A DNA stretch of 64,000 nucleotides from an uncultured Pelagibacteraceae bacterium. GTDB lineage: Bacteria; Pseudomonadota; Alphaproteobacteria; Pelagibacterales; Pelagibacteraceae. Under the pieces are notes generated by a model. That model had not been told where the DNA came from and ran no database searches. It saw nothing but the letters and a program-made list of their open reading frames with translations. The stretch is from the NCBI GenBank assembly GCA_902580485.1, contig CACHKS010000001.1, positions 16,959-80,958 on the forward strand. Reading direction: 5' to 3'. Numbering within the stretch: the stretch's first letter is position 1; each line of letters begins with the position of its first letter. This document shows, piece by piece, positions 1 through 11,489 of this stretch. Made by a program: the position numbers and the translations under genes.

Positions 1-577
1 AAACTTTTGATAAATCCTCTATTTCTTTTTTTGTGTAAGCTGAACCAGTAGGATTTGACGGAGAGTTTAAAATTATCCATTTGGTTTTTTTAGATATAGC
101 TTTCTCTAATTTTTTAGGTGTTAATTTAAAATTATCTTTTTCGTCACATTTAACTATTTTTGGTTTACCGCCAGCTAATAAAATAATGTCAGGATAAGAC
201 ACCCAGTAAGGGGCAGGTATAATAACTTCATCTCCTTTATTAACTGTTGCCATGAAAGTATTATATAAAACTTGCTTACCACCAGTTCCTACTGTTATCT
301 GATCCAGCTCATAAGATAAGCCATTCTCTCTTGAGAACTTATTTTGTACGGCTTTTTTTAAAGCTGGCGTTCCGTCAACAGCTGTATACTTAGTATCACC
401 AATTCTAATTGCCTCTATAGCTGCTTCTTTAATATTGTCTGGTGTATCAAAATCAGGTTCTCCTGCCCCAAGCCCTATAATATCTTTACCAGCTGCACGC
501 ATTTCCCTGGCTTTTGAGGTTACAGCCATTGTAGGCGACGGTTTTATACGTTTTAAACTATTGGAAACTATGCTCAT
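1..577 (-). CDS. aspC: Aspartate aminotransferase (PLP class I), 3' part runs off the window; absent from the ORF track
   Basis: Manual translation from ATG at 577: MSIVSNSLKRIKPSPTMAV...GLGAGEPDFDTP...APYWVSY...LNSPSNPTG. Confidence 0.9.
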   Translation of the reverse strand, partial: MSIVSNSLKRIKPSPTMAVTSKAREMRAAGKDIIGLGAGEPDFDTPDNIKEAAIEAIRIGDTKYTAVDGTPALKKAVQNKFSRENGLSYELDQITVGTGGKQVLYNTFMATVNKGDEVIIPAPYWVSYPDIILLAGGKPKIVKCDEKDNFKLTPKKLEKAISKKTKWIILNSPSNPTGSAYTKKEIEDLSKV

Positions 578-615
578 TGAATTTTATAATGTTTTTTAAT
601 TATTATTAACACAAA

Positions 616-2784
616 ATGCAAAATACTTATCAAGAAAAAATACTAGATATTGAGACTACTAACAACTCAATAAAGAAGAAGTTAGAAGGTGGTATCAAGT
701 TCAAAATTAAAAGTGATTTTCAACCAGCTGGTGATCAGCCTCAAGCAATAAAGTCATTAACTCAAAATTTAAAAAATAAAAAAAATGAACAGGTTCTTTT
801 AGGCGTAACTGGCTCAGGAAAAACTTTCACGATGGCAAAAGTAATTGAGGCCACAAATAGACCTGCTTTGGTCCTAGCTCCAAACAAAACTTTGGCTGCT
901 CAATTGTATGGGGAATTTAAAAGTTTTTTTCCAGATAATGCTGTTGAATATTTTGTTTCTTATTATGACTATTATACTCCAGAAGCGTATGTTCCAAGAT
1001 CAGATACTTATATTGAAAAAGAAGCATCAATAAATGAACAAATAGACAGAATGAGGCACTCAGCTACAAGATCATTATTAGAGAGAGATGACGTAATAAT
1101 TGTAGCTAGTGTCTCGTGTATTTACGGACTTGGTTCAGTGGAGGCTTATAGCAAAATGACAATAACTCTTAAAAAAAACAATGAATACGACAGAGATCAA
1201 TTAATAAGAACATTTATAACTCTACAATATAAAAGAAATGATCAAAATTTTTTTAGAGGAACTTTTAGAGTGCGAGGTGAAAATTTAGAGATTTTCCCAT
1301 CTCATTTAGAAGATAGAGCGTGGAGAATAAGTTTTAACTTTAATAAATTAGAAAAGATTGAAGAGTTTGATCCTTTAACAGGAGATAAAACTAATGATTA
1401 TTCAATTATAAAAATTTATGCAAATAGTCATTACATAACTCCAAAACCAACAATGGATCAAGCAATTAGACAAATAAAATCTGAATTAGCCGAAACATTA
1501 AAAAAACATCGTGCGAATAACAAGTTGTTGGAAGAACAAAGATTGAGAGAAAGAACTAAGTTTGATCTTGAAATGATAGAAGCAACAGGAACTTGTGCTG
1601 GTATCGAGAATTATTCAAGATTTTTATCTGGAAGAAAAGCTGGAGAGCCGCCTCCAACTTTATTTGAATATTTTCCAGACAATACAATTATATTTGTTGA
1701 CGAAAGCCATGTAACAGTCCCACAATTAAATGGAATGTATAAAGGAGATAGAACTAGAAAAAGTACATTAGCTGAATATGGTTTTAGGCTACCATCATGT
1801 ATGGATAACCGACCTCTTAAGTTTGAAGAGTGGGATATGATGAGAACTCAAACTGTGTTTGTCTCAGCTACCCCAGGCCCTTGGGAATTAAAACAAACTG
1901 ATAATAAATATATTGATCAAATAATAAGACCGACTGGTTTGATCGATCCGCCTGTTGAAATTAAGCCAGCAAAAACTCAGGTAGATGATTTGATGCATGA
2001 AGCCGCAAAAGTTATTGAAAAAGGTTATCGCATTTTAGCAACTACACTAACCAAAAAAATGGCTGAAGATTTAACTGAGTATCTTCATGAAAATGGTCTC
2101 AAGGTTAGATATATGCATTCTGACATTGATACTTTAGAGAGAATTGAAATTATAAGAGATTTAAGACTTGGCGTATTTGATATTTTAGTTGGAATAAATC
2201 TTTTGAGAGAAGGACTAGATATTCCAGAATGTGGTTTAGTAGGAATTCTTGATGCAGATAAAGAGGGGTTTTTAAGATCTGAAACATCTTTGATTCAAAC
2301 AATAGGTAGAGCTGCTAGAAACATTGATGGTAAAGTAATTCTATACGCTGATAAAGTTACTAAGAGTATTGATAAAGCTATCCAAGAAACAGATCGTAGA
2401 AGAAATAAACAGTTAGAATATAATAAAAAAAATAATATTACAGCAGAATCGATTAAGAAAGAAATAGGAGATATTTTAGAGTCGGTTTATGAAAAAGATT
2501 ACGTAAATATCAAAGAATCAAATATAGGTGGTAATCTAAAAAAACATCTAAAAGGATTAAATAAAAAGATGAAAGAATCAGCTTCTAATTTAGAATTTGA
2601 AGAAGCAGCTAAAATTAGAGATGAAATAAGAAAATTAGAAGCAAGTGAATTAGAAATAACATTGAACCCTAAAATAAGTCAGTATAACCTTAAGAACAAA
2701 GTTTATCCTAAAGGTAGATCAACACTTGGAATGCCTGGAACAAAAACAAAGAAACAACAAAAAAAATGGAAGCCAAAAAAATAA
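616..2784 (+). CDS. uvrB: Excinuclease ABC subunit B
   Basis: GVTGSGKT Walker [11 protein letters not shown] beta-hairpin, [15 protein letters not shown]-terminal UVR domain. Confidence 0.98.
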   Translation: MQNTYQEKILDIETTNNSIKKKLEGGIKFKIKSDFQPAGDQPQAIKSLTQNLKNKKNEQVLLGVTGSGKTFTMAKVIEATNRPALVLAPNKTLAAQLYGEFKSFFPDNAVEYFVSYYDYYTPEAYVPRSDTYIEKEASINEQIDRMRHSATRSLLERDDVIIVASVSCIYGLGSVEAYSKMTITLKKNNEYDRDQLIRTFITLQYKRNDQNFFRGTFRVRGENLEIFPSHLEDRAWRISFNFNKLEKIEEFDPLTGDKTNDYSIIKIYANSHYITPKPTMDQAIRQIKSELAETLKKHRANNKLLEEQRLRERTKFDLEMIEATGTCAGIENYSRFLSGRKAGEPPPTLFEYFPDNTIIFVDESHVTVPQLNGMYKGDRTRKSTLAEYGFRLPSCMDNRPLKFEEWDMMRTQTVFVSATPGPWELKQTDNKYIDQIIRPTGLIDPPVEIKPAKTQVDDLMHEAAKVIEKGYRILATTLTKKMAEDLTEYLHENGLKVRYMHSDIDTLERIEIIRDLRLGVFDILVGINLLREGLDIPECGLVGILDADKEGFLRSETSLIQTIGRAARNIDGKVILYADKVTKSIDKAIQETDRRRNKQLEYNKKNNITAESIKKEIGDILESVYEKDYVNIKESNIGGNLKKHLKGLNKKMKESASNLEFEEAAKIRDEIRKLEASELEITLNPKISQYNLKNKVYPKGRSTLGMPGTKTKKQQKKWKPKK

Positions 2785-3521
2785 TAGTTACCGGAGGAGC
2801 AAATCGAATAGGTAGATCTATAGCGTTAGAACTAGCAAGTTATGATACTCAAATTGTTATTCATTACTCAAAATCTTTTGTTGCAGCAAAAAAACTTAAA
2901 ATAGAATTAGAAAATTTAGGTTCAGTTGTTCATCTTTTAAAAGCTGACTTAAACAATCTTAGACAAACTCAAAGATTAATTTCTTATGCTAAAAAAAAAA
3001 TGAAAGGTTTAGATTGTTTGGTTAATAATGCATCTGTTTTTGAAAATGATAACTTAATTAATTTCTCAGAAAAAAGTTTTTTAAAGCATATGAATATTAA
3101 TCTGAAAGCCCCAGCTATTTTAATTCAAAACTTCGCTAAAATATACAAAGGTAACAAAGGAAACATTATCAATATTATCGACCAAAGAGTTGAAAAGTTA
3201 ACTCCTTTCTTTTTTTCTTATACTCTAAGTAAGTCTAGTCTAGCCACATTGACCAAGACTTCTGCCATGAAATTAGCACCAAGTATTAGAGTTAATGCTG
3301 TTTCTCCTGGGCCAACGTTAAAAAATAAACGACAATCAGAAAAACATTTTAAAAAACAGTGGGAATCTACGATACTTAAAAAGAAAGTAGATACAAAAAA
3401 TGTTAGTTCAGCTGTAAAGTTTTTAATTAATAATAGTAATATAACAGGCCAAATAATAAATGTAGATAGTGGTCAACGTTTAGCCTGGAAAACACCAGAT
3501 ATAATTAATGTAAAAGAATGA
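2766..3521 (+). CDS. SDR oxidoreductase, pteridine reductase/FolM-like
   Basis: [12 protein letters not shown], YxxxK (YTLSK); adjacent to folB. Confidence 0.8.
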   Translation: MEAKKIIVTGGANRIGRSIALELASYDTQIVIHYSKSFVAAKKLKIELENLGSVVHLLKADLNNLRQTQRLISYAKKKMKGLDCLVNNASVFENDNLINFSEKSFLKHMNINLKAPAILIQNFAKIYKGNKGNIINIIDQRVEKLTPFFFSYTLSKSSLATLTKTSAMKLAPSIRVNAVSPGPTLKNKRQSEKHFKKQWESTILKKKVDTKNVSSAVKFLINNSNITGQIINVDSGQRLAWKTPDIINVKE

Positions 3522-3904
3522 AAATTTTAAAATTTAAAAATAAACAAAAATTTAAATATAATAAAAAAGTTATTATTAAAGATTTAATTTTATTGTTATC
3601 AGTTGGTATCCATAAATTTGAAAAATTAAAAAAACAAAATGTAAAATTTAATATAGAAATTACTACTGATCCAAACTTGAAACCAGATATAAAGACAATT
3701 GTTAATTATGAAGGTATCATAAATAATATTAAAAAATTGACTGAAAAAACACACTTTGAGCTACTTGAAAGTTTGTCAGAGTCAATATTTGATGAAATGT
3801 TTAAAAATAAGAAAATAAAAAAAGTTAAGTTGAAAATTGAAAAATTGGATATTATTAAAGAAACAAAATCAGTTGGTATAGAAGTTGTAAAAACAAAAAT
3901 ATAA
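3518..3904 (+). CDS. folB: Dihydroneopterin aldolase
   Basis: [24 protein letters not shown] motifs. Confidence 0.85.
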   Translation: MKILKFKNKQKFKYNKKVIIKDLILLLSVGIHKFEKLKKQNVKFNIEITTDPNLKPDIKTIVNYEGIINNIKKLTEKTHFELLESLSESIFDEMFKNKKIKKVKLKIEKLDIIKETKSVGIEVVKTKI

Positions 3905-5739
3905 TGAATAGTCTAGAACAGGGAAAAAAATTAATAAAAGATAAAATACCTTTGATATCTAAAAATCCTGGGATTTATAAAATGTTAAGTTCTACAGGAG
4001 AAATACTTTATATTGGTAAAGCAAAAAATATACCTAATAGGCTTAAAAGTTACGTAACCGAAACTAATTTGCCTATAAGAACAGAAAGAATGTTATCTCT
4101 AACTCATAGTCTTGAAACAACAACTACTAATAATGAAAGTGAAGCTCTGCTTTTAGAAGCAAACTTAATAAAGAAGCATAAACCAAGATACAATATTCTT
4201 TTAAGAGATGATAAATCTTTTCCTTACATTTATGTTGGTAATAAAGATAAGTGGCCCCAATTAACAAAGCTTAGAGGAAAAAAAACTAAATCTGGATATT
4301 ATTTTGGACCTTTCGCTTCTATAGGTTCGGCTAATTGGACTATCAAAATATTACAAAAAATTTTTCAGCTAAGAGTTTGTGATGACTCAGTTTTTAAAAA
4401 TAGAGAAAGACCTTGCATACTTTATCAAATAAAAAGATGTTCCGCCCCTTGCGTTGAGCATATTACAAAAAAAGAATATTTATCAACTGTAAATGATGCT
4501 ATTGATTTTATTTCTGGTAAATCCAGGAGAATTCAAGAAAATTTGTCTAAGGAAATGGAAAAAGCAAGCAGAGAACTTGATTATGAAAAAGCAGCAATAG
4601 CAAGAGATAGAATAAAGGCATTAACTCAAATACAAACATCCCAAAAAATAAATCAAACTAATTTAAACGAGGCTGATGTTATAAGTGTTTATAAAGAAAC
4701 TGGCAAAACTTGCATTCAAGTCTTCTTTTTTAGATCAAAACAAAACTGGGGTAATCAGGCCTTCTATCCTAAACACGATCCAGATGATAGAATTAAAGAC
4801 ATTCTTTCTTCTTTTATATCTCAATTTTATGAAAATAAAACAATACCAGTTCTAATTATAACAAATCATGAGGTTAGTGAAAAAAGACTATTAGAAAAAA
4901 CTTTTTCAAATAAAGAAAGTAAACAAGTTGTAATCAAACAAGCAAAATCTAAAAATGAAATAAATATTTCTAAACTTGCAGAAAAAAATGCAAAACAAGC
5001 CTTAACTCAAAAACTAATTCAATCAAATACGAATAACAATTTAATTGAAAATTTGGCAAAAAAATTCAAACTAAATAATAATATCGATTTAATAGAAGTT
5101 TATGACAATAGTCATATTCAAGGGTCGGACTCTATTGGAGCTTTAATTTGTTTTGGAAACGAAGGTTTTATTAAAAAAAGATATAGAAAATTTAATATCA
5201 AAAACAATAAGATTAAAGGTGATGATTATGGAATGATGAAAGAAGTGTTGTTTAGAAGATTTTCAAAAGCTATTAAAGAAAAACCTGGGTCACTTTCTTT
5301 ACCAGATTTAGTCATGATCGACGGTGGAAAAGGACAATACTCTGTTTCTAGAGAAGTTTTAAACGAGCTAGGTTTACATGATTTACCTATTGTAGCTATA
5401 GCAAAAGGCAAGAAAAGAAACGCTGGAGAAGAAAAAATTTATTATGCAAATAAAGAGTTCATTTTAAATAGAAATGATCCCTTGCTATTTTTCATTCAAA
5501 GATTAAGAGACGAAGCACATAGATTTGCCATAAGTGCTCATAGAGCTAAAAGAAAGAAAAACTTGAGTAAATCTTTGCTAGATCAAATTCAAGGAATTGG
5601 TCGTCAAAGAAAAAGAGCTCTATTAAATCATTTTGGTTCAGCTAGAGCTGTGGAATCAGCTAGTTTTGATGATTTGAAATCTGTAGAAGGAATAGAAGAC
5701 AGCATAGCAAAGAAAATATATAATTATTTCCACGAATAA
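3904..5739 (+). CDS. uvrC: Excinuclease ABC subunit C
   Basis: GIY-YIG domain, [19 protein letters not shown], HhH. Confidence 0.98.
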   Translation: MNSLEQGKKLIKDKIPLISKNPGIYKMLSSTGEILYIGKAKNIPNRLKSYVTETNLPIRTERMLSLTHSLETTTTNNESEALLLEANLIKKHKPRYNILLRDDKSFPYIYVGNKDKWPQLTKLRGKKTKSGYYFGPFASIGSANWTIKILQKIFQLRVCDDSVFKNRERPCILYQIKRCSAPCVEHITKKEYLSTVNDAIDFISGKSRRIQENLSKEMEKASRELDYEKAAIARDRIKALTQIQTSQKINQTNLNEADVISVYKETGKTCIQVFFFRSKQNWGNQAFYPKHDPDDRIKDILSSFISQFYENKTIPVLIITNHEVSEKRLLEKTFSNKESKQVVIKQAKSKNEINISKLAEKNAKQALTQKLIQSNTNNNLIENLAKKFKLNNNIDLIEVYDNSHIQGSDSIGALICFGNEGFIKKRYRKFNIKNNKIKGDDYGMMKEVLFRRFSKAIKEKPGSLSLPDLVMIDGGKGQYSVSREVLNELGLHDLPIVAIAKGKKRNAGEEKIYYANKEFILNRNDPLLFFIQRLRDEAHRFAISAHRAKRKKNLSKSLLDQIQGIGRQRKRALLNHFGSARAVESASFDDLKSVEGIEDSIAKKIYNYFHE

Positions 5740-5741
5740 AA

Positions 5742-6326
5742 ATGAAAATACCTAATATCTTAACCATTGGAAGAATTATAATTGTTCCAATATTTGTTTT
5801 AACTTTTTTCATCCCAGGTTTTTTTGGAGATTTAATTCCTTTTTTTCTATTCGTTTTAGCTAGCTTTACCGATTATTTGGATGGACTATTAGCACGCATA
5901 TTTAAAGAAGAATCTAAATTAGGTGAGCTATTAGACCCTATAGCTGACAAAATACTTGTAGCAACGGCTTTAATATTATTAGTGATGAATGGTACAATTA
6001 AAAATTATGAAGTAATTGCTGCTGTTATAATTTTAACAAGAGAAATTCTTATCTCCGGACTAAGAGAATTTTTGGCCAAAACTAGCGTATCAATACAAGT
6101 AACAAGTTTAACTAAATTAAAAACATTGCTACAAATGTTATCAATTGCAATATTATTAACTGGTGAAAGCGGAAATAAATTAATAAACTTTCAAGATTAT
6201 AATGCTCAAACTATTGGCATAATACTTCTTTGGTTATCAGCATTTTTAACGCTGTATACTGGATATGACTATGTAAGAAAAGGCATTGATCATGCTATAA
6301 ATGAAGATAACAGTAAAGATACCTAG
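5742..6326 (+). CDS. pgsA: CDP-diacylglycerol--glycerol-3-phosphate 3-phosphatidyltransferase
   Basis: PNILT, DYLDGLLAR...GELLDPIADK; follows uvrC. Confidence 0.95.
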   Translation: MKIPNILTIGRIIIVPIFVLTFFIPGFFGDLIPFFLFVLASFTDYLDGLLARIFKEESKLGELLDPIADKILVATALILLVMNGTIKNYEVIAAVIILTREILISGLREFLAKTSVSIQVTSLTKLKTLLQMLSIAILLTGESGNKLINFQDYNAQTIGIILLWLSAFLTLYTGYDYVRKGIDHAINEDNSKDT

Positions 6327-7069
6327 TGAACTTAACTGAAATAAATATTAGAGAAAAAAACTTCCATAACAAACTTCAATCCAAAAAAAAAGGAAGGTTT
6401 GAAAACATATTCTATAGAGCAATTCATAATAGTGGTGAAGATTTTTTTGCTTATTTACAAGATAATGCAAGAAACTCAGAAATATTAGACTACGGCTGTG
6501 GTATAGGCTCAAGTATTGAAAAAACAATTAAATATTTACCAAAAAAAATTATTGGCATTGATATTTCTGAAATCTCGATCAACAAAGCGAAGAAAAAAGC
6601 TCAAGAGCTTAAAATAAATGTAGATTATAGAGTAGATAATTGTGAGAAAACCAATTTTGAGAATAATACCTTTGATATTGTTTATGGTACAGGAATTTTA
6701 CACCATCTACAAACTGATAAATGTTTGAATGAAATACATAGAATTTTAAAATCTAATGGAGCTCTACTCTTTATCGAGCCTCTTGGAACAAATCCAATTA
6801 TAAACCTCTACAGAAAACTAACTCCTAATTCAAGATCTAAGGATGAACATCCTCTGGTAAATAAAGATTTTGAATACATTAATAAGAAATTCAGAAAAAC
6901 AAAAATAAAATATTATGGATTTTTAACTTTAATATTTTTCCCTTTCTATAGATCCCCAGATCGTTCAAAATTATTCAAATTATTGGCTAATGTAGATCAA
7001 TATTTATTTAAATTGAAATTTTTTCAATTATTTGCTTGGTCAGTATTAATAGTAGCAAAAAAAAATTAA
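6326..7069 (+). CDS. Class I SAM-dependent methyltransferase, substrate unknown (GTG start)
   Basis: ILDYGCGIG, GIDIS, FDIVYG.GILHHL, EPLGTNP. Confidence 0.8.
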   Translation: MNLTEINIREKNFHNKLQSKKKGRFENIFYRAIHNSGEDFFAYLQDNARNSEILDYGCGIGSSIEKTIKYLPKKIIGIDISEISINKAKKKAQELKINVDYRVDNCEKTNFENNTFDIVYGTGILHHLQTDKCLNEIHRILKSNGALLFIEPLGTNPIINLYRKLTPNSRSKDEHPLVNKDFEYINKKFRKTKIKYYGFLTLIFFPFYRSPDRSKLFKLLANVDQYLFKLKFFQLFAWSVLIVAKKN

Positions 7070-7953
7070 GCAGCGGTTTTTTTTCTTACTAAAGCTTGAT
7101 AGCTTTCATTAAGACTAGTGATTGTGTCACAGATTTTAAAATTATAATTATCAATTTGAGAAACTGGGGTAACTTCTGCTGCTGTGCCAGTTAAAAAACA
7201 ACCTACAAAATTTGACATTTCCTCTGGTTTAATTTTTCTTTCTATTAACTTTATTCCCTTGGCTTTAGCAATCTTAATTACCTCTCTTCTAGTAATTCCA
7301 TCTAAAAAAGAGTCTGGAGTAGGAGTATGCAATTCACCTAATTCATTTTTAAAAAATATATTTGCTCCTGTTGCCTCTGCAATATTTCCTTCATGGTCTA
7401 ACATTAAAGAATCTGTAAAACCTTTGCTTTCTGCTTCATGTTTAGAAAGAGTACATATCATGTATAAACCTGCCGCCTTTGTATCCCAAGGAACAGAGTT
7501 TGGATTTGGTCTTCTCCATGATGAAATATTTAATTTTATTCCTTTTGATTTTAATTTAGGATCAAAATAAGAACCCCATTCCCAAGTTGCAATTGCAACA
7601 TGAATTTTATTTTTTTGAGCCGAAATAGCCATCATCTCGCTACCTCTCCATATTACTGGTCTAACATAACCATTTTGAACTTTTTGAATGTTAACAATAT
7701 TTATACAAGCATCATTAATTTCTTTTTGACTATAAGGAACTTTTATTCCCATTCTCTTAGCAGAGTAAAATAATCTTTCTGTATGTTCTTCTAATTTAAA
7801 AATTTCTCCATCATAAACTCGTTCGCCTTCAAAAACACAGCTAGCATAATGAAGTCCATGATTTAATACATGAATGTTTGCATTTGCCCAATCAACGGTT
7901 TTGCCGTTAAACCAAATTTTTCCAGATCTTTTATCGTATGGTATGCTTTCCAT
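7066..7953 (-). CDS. ilvE: Branched-chain amino acid aminotransferase
   Basis: LHYASCVFEG, EATGANIF, LDGITR, GTAAEVTP. Confidence 0.95.
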   Translation of the reverse strand: MESIPYDKRSGKIWFNGKTVDWANANIHVLNHGLHYASCVFEGERVYDGEIFKLEEHTERLFYSAKRMGIKVPYSQKEINDACINIVNIQKVQNGYVRPVIWRGSEMMAISAQKNKIHVAIATWEWGSYFDPKLKSKGIKLNISSWRRPNPNSVPWDTKAAGLYMICTLSKHEAESKGFTDSLMLDHEGNIAEATGANIFFKNELGELHTPTPDSFLDGITRREVIKIAKAKGIKLIERKIKPEEMSNFVGCFLTGTAAEVTPVSQIDNYNFKICDTITSLNESYQALVRKKTAA

Positions 7954-8030
7954 TAAGAATTAAATATATAGATTTTTTTTTTACAAAAAAGTATATTTCT
8001 TAATAGGATAAGTCAATATAACTTACCATT

Positions 8031-8471
8031 ATGAAAGATTTACTATATCTTAAAGATGAGCAAATTAAAGATTGCATTCAGCTTTTATTTTATGCTTATC
8101 GAGAAACATTTGCAGATCCAAAAGAAGTACTATCAAAAAAATTTTTTGGTCCAGCGCACCTAAGATCTTTAAATCTAATTGAAAGGTATCCTGGAATAAG
8201 TCTTAGTGAATTAATATTTAAATTAAAAGTAACAAAACAAAGTTTAAACAGGGTGCTTAGAGACCTGATCAAATCAAAAATGATAAAACAAGTTAGGGAT
8301 GAAAGTGATACCAGAAAGAAAAATTTATTTCTTGATAAAGAGGGAAAAATTTTTTTCGAAGCTGTTTATAATTCACAAAGGAAAAGAATATTTAATGCTT
8401 TAAAAAGCTCAAGTTCTGACTCAGTAATAAAATTTAAAGAAGTGTTGAAAAAAATTATAGATGGAAAATAA
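8031..8471 (+). CDS. MarR-family regulator (PetP-like)
   Basis: wHTH LKVTKQSLNRVL...DTR; ilvE-MarR-OmpR-EnvZ arrangement. Confidence 0.85.
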   Translation: MKDLLYLKDEQIKDCIQLLFYAYRETFADPKEVLSKKFFGPAHLRSLNLIERYPGISLSELIFKLKVTKQSLNRVLRDLIKSKMIKQVRDESDTRKKNLFLDKEGKIFFEAVYNSQRKRIFNALKSSSSDSVIKFKEVLKKIIDGK

Positions 8472-9138
8472 CAAAATGCATATTTTAGTAGTTGATGACG
8501 ATAATCGAATTAGAGATCTATTAAAAGAATATTTAACAGAAAAAGATTACGTTGTTTCAACTTCAGATAATGCAGAAAATGCAAAAATAAAAATTAATCA
8601 ATTTAAATTTGATCTTATTGTTTTAGATGTAATGATGCCTGGTCAAGATGGTTATGACCTAACCAAAGAAATAAAAAAAAATATCCAAGTACCTATAATT
8701 TTACTAACAGCTAAAGGAGAGGTAGAAAATAGAATTAAAGGTTTAGAGCTGGGTGCAGATGATTATATAGGAAAGCCTTTTGAACCAAAAGAATTGTTGT
8801 TAAGAATAAAAAATTTAATTAACAAGAATAAAAAAATTGATTTAAATATAAAACATTTTGTCGGGAATGCTCAAATAGATTTAAATAAAATGAATATAGT
8901 TTTGAAAGAAAAGAATAAAAAAATAAATATGTCAGAGAAAAAAGTTTTAGTTGAAATGCTTGCAAATCCTGGAAAAGCTTATTCACGGGAGGAAATTGGT
9001 AAAATATCTGGTATTAGCCAAGAAAGATCAATAGATGTTATGATAACAAGGTTAAGACAAAAAATAGAGATTAATCCTAAAAATCCAAAATATTTACAAA
9101 CTATAAGAGGGTCAGGTTATGTTCTCTGGATTGAATAA
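8461..9138 (+). CDS. ompR: OmpR-family response regulator (PetR/OmpR-like)
   Basis: VVDDD, LDVMMPG, GADDYIGKPF, TIRGSGY. Confidence 0.85.
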   Translation: MENNKMHILVVDDDNRIRDLLKEYLTEKDYVVSTSDNAENAKIKINQFKFDLIVLDVMMPGQDGYDLTKEIKKNIQVPIILLTAKGEVENRIKGLELGADDYIGKPFEPKELLLRIKNLINKNKKIDLNIKHFVGNAQIDLNKMNIVLKEKNKKINMSEKKVLVEMLANPGKAYSREEIGKISGISQERSIDVMITRLRQKIEINPKNPKYLQTIRGSGYVLWIE

Positions 9139-10435
9139 AATTTTAAAAATCATTCTACCAAAAAGATTATTTTATAGAGCGCTAATAATAGTTGCAGCCC
9201 CAACAATTATATTGCAATTAATCATCACTATAGTTTTCTATGACAGTATATGGATAAAAGCTAACAAAAATATAACTCGATCTTTAGTTTCCCAATTGAA
9301 AACTATTCAGAATGTTTATTTAAACAATAAAGATAATTTAGATTTTTTTACAGATAGCTATAAAAATAATTTTAATTTTGAAATTGATATTAATGATAAT
9401 CCATTTCCGTCTTCAAGTGGTGAAAGAAAATTTAGTCCAATGGATAGATCCTTAAGACGTGAATTAAAATCTGCTTTTGGAAATAATAATTATTGGTTTA
9501 ATACATCAAAATTTAAAAATGCTGTAGAAATTAGAATAAAAGTAGAAAAAGAAGTAATAGAATTTTTAGTTCCCAAAGAAATGATCTCTCCTTCTTCAGT
9601 AAGATTATTTGTTTTATGGACTACTCTTCCATCTATAGTCTTAATTTTAATCGCTCTAGTTTTTCTTAAAAATCAAACTAGACCACTTGTTCGACTTGCC
9701 AAGGCAGCAGAAAGATTTGGTAAAGGAGAGTACGTAAATAACTTCAGACCTTCAGGAGCAGCAGAAATTAGAAAAGCAGCTTATGAATTTGATAGAATGG
9801 CAAAAAGAATTAATCGTCATCTAAATCAACGATCTGAAATGTTATCTGGAATAAGCCATGACCTAAGAACTCCTCTCACAAGACTAAAATTACAATTAGC
9901 GATGATAAAACAAAAAGATATTTCAGAAAATCTGTCCAAAGATATTGATGAAATGGAAGGTATGCTTAACGATTATTTGCAATTTGCCAAAACCCAAGTC
10001 AAAGAGAATTCTTCCAAATTTAATTTACCAAATTTGTTAAGTGAAATTAAAAAAGATTTAAAAAATGAAAATCTTAACTTTATGAATTCGGAAGAAACTA
10101 TTTTAACTGGAAGAGTATCTTCTTTAAAAAGATGTTTTGAAAACGTTATTAATAATGGGTTAACTTACGGAAAAAAAGTATATGTTAGCTTTCAAAAAGG
10201 TTTAAATAGAGTAACTATAAATATTGAGGATGATGGTCCCGGTATACCTGAAGATCAGTATAGAAATGTTTTTAAACCTTTTTTTAGACTAGATAAAAGT
10301 AGAAGCCTTAATAAATCTGGAGTTGGTTTAGGTCTTGCTATAGTTGAAGATATAATTAATTCTCATGGTGGGACAGTTCAACTCGGAAAAAGTAAGTACA
10401 AAGGTTTACAGGTTAAGATCTCTTTACCTTTTTAG
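9119..10435 (+). CDS. envZ: EnvZ-like sensor histidine kinase
   Basis: 2 TM + HAMP, SHDLRTPL H-box, DDGPGI, GLGLAI. Confidence 0.85.
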   Translation: MFSGLNKILKIILPKRLFYRALIIVAAPTIILQLIITIVFYDSIWIKANKNITRSLVSQLKTIQNVYLNNKDNLDFFTDSYKNNFNFEIDINDNPFPSSSGERKFSPMDRSLRRELKSAFGNNNYWFNTSKFKNAVEIRIKVEKEVIEFLVPKEMISPSSVRLFVLWTTLPSIVLILIALVFLKNQTRPLVRLAKAAERFGKGEYVNNFRPSGAAEIRKAAYEFDRMAKRINRHLNQRSEMLSGISHDLRTPLTRLKLQLAMIKQKDISENLSKDIDEMEGMLNDYLQFAKTQVKENSSKFNLPNLLSEIKKDLKNENLNFMNSEETILTGRVSSLKRCFENVINNGLTYGKKVYVSFQKGLNRVTINIEDDGPGIPEDQYRNVFKPFFRLDKSRSLNKSGVGLGLAIVEDIINSHGGTVQLGKSKYKGLQVKISLPF

Positions 10436-10655
10436 CTTTTTTTTTGGACAATTTTTTGATTGCTATTTCCTGTTTCTGAACAATCTTTTTTAAAATATTA
10501 AATTCTTCTCTAGAAACAAGCTGCAATTTATTCATCAGTTTATCTCTTTGAAATTTGAAATCAGTCGATATTTCTTTTTGAATATCTTTTGAAGTTAAAA
10601 TTCCATTTTCAATTAAATTTGATAAAGTCTTTAATAATTTTTCAGAATTGCTCAT
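10413..10655 (-). CDS. ubiK: UbiK/BMFP-family accessory factor
   Basis: LQLVSREEF motif; divergent from lgt. Confidence 0.7.
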   Translation of the reverse strand: MSNSEKLLKTLSNLIENGILTSKDIQKEISTDFKFQRDKLMNKLQLVSREEFNILKKIVQKQEIAIKKLSKKKAKKVKRS

Positions 10656-10706
10656 AATTAATCTTATTTGATAGAAATATTAATTTCAAATATGTTATAA
10701 GAAATC

Positions 10707-11489
10707 ATGTATACCCATAATTTAGACCCTGTTTTATTTGATTTAGGGTTTTTAGTTATTAGATGGTATTCGCTAGCTTATATTTTTGGAATTTTAATTG
10801 GTTGGTGGTTAGGCAAAAGAATCATCCTAAAAAGGTTTCAAAATCTTGATTTTGATATAAAAGAATTTGATAACTTAATTACCTATATAATAATATCTAT
10901 TTTACTTGGAGGCAGGATTGGTTATGTTTTATTTTATAATTTTGGATACTACTTATCAAATCCGTTTGATATTTTTAAAATTTGGGAAGGCGGAATGTCT
11001 TTTCATGGAGCGCTAATAGGGATAATTCTTGGAACTTATTGGTTTTCAATAAAAAAAAATATACAGACCTTTTTCTTATTAGATATAATTGCCTATGTTG
11101 CTCCAATAGGAATATTTTTTGGACGCGTTGCTAATTTTATTAATGGAGAGCTTATCGGTAAAACAACAAATGTTTTCTGGGGAATTATTTTTCCTAATAT
11201 CGACGATAAAATAAGACATCCTTCACAATTATATGAGGCCTTCCTAGAAGGTATAATTTTATTTATTATTATGAATTTAATTTTATTTAGAAAAAATTAT
11301 AAAATTGGAACTTGTTCTTATGTTTTTTTAATTTTTTATGGTATTTTTAGAATATTTTCTGAGTTCTTTAGAGAACCAGATGCACATATAGGATTTTTAT
11401 TTAATCTAATAAGCATGGGAACAATATTAAGTTTTTTTATGATATTAGCTGGGACAATTATTTTTTTAAAAAAAGATGATATCAAATAA
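10707..11489 (+). CDS. lgt: Prolipoprotein diacylglyceryl transferase
   Basis: IRWY, GGMSFHG, GRVANFINGE, HPSQLYE. Confidence 0.97.
   Translation: MYTHNLDPVLFDLGFLVIRWYSLAYIFGILIGWWLGKRIILKRFQNLDFDIKEFDNLITYIIISILLGGRIGYVLFYNFGYYLSNPFDIFKIWEGGMSFHGALIGIILGTYWFSIKKNIQTFFLLDIIAYVAPIGIFFGRVANFINGELIGKTTNVFWGIIFPNIDDKIRHPSQLYEAFLEGIILFIIMNLILFRKNYKIGTCSYVFLIFYGIFRIFSEFFREPDAHIGFLFNLISMGTILSFFMILAGTIIFLKKDDIK

Noticed and set aside
578-615. Search for an alphaproteobacterial LexA box (GTTC-N7-GTTC) before uvrB
   Set aside because: No match in the short spacer.
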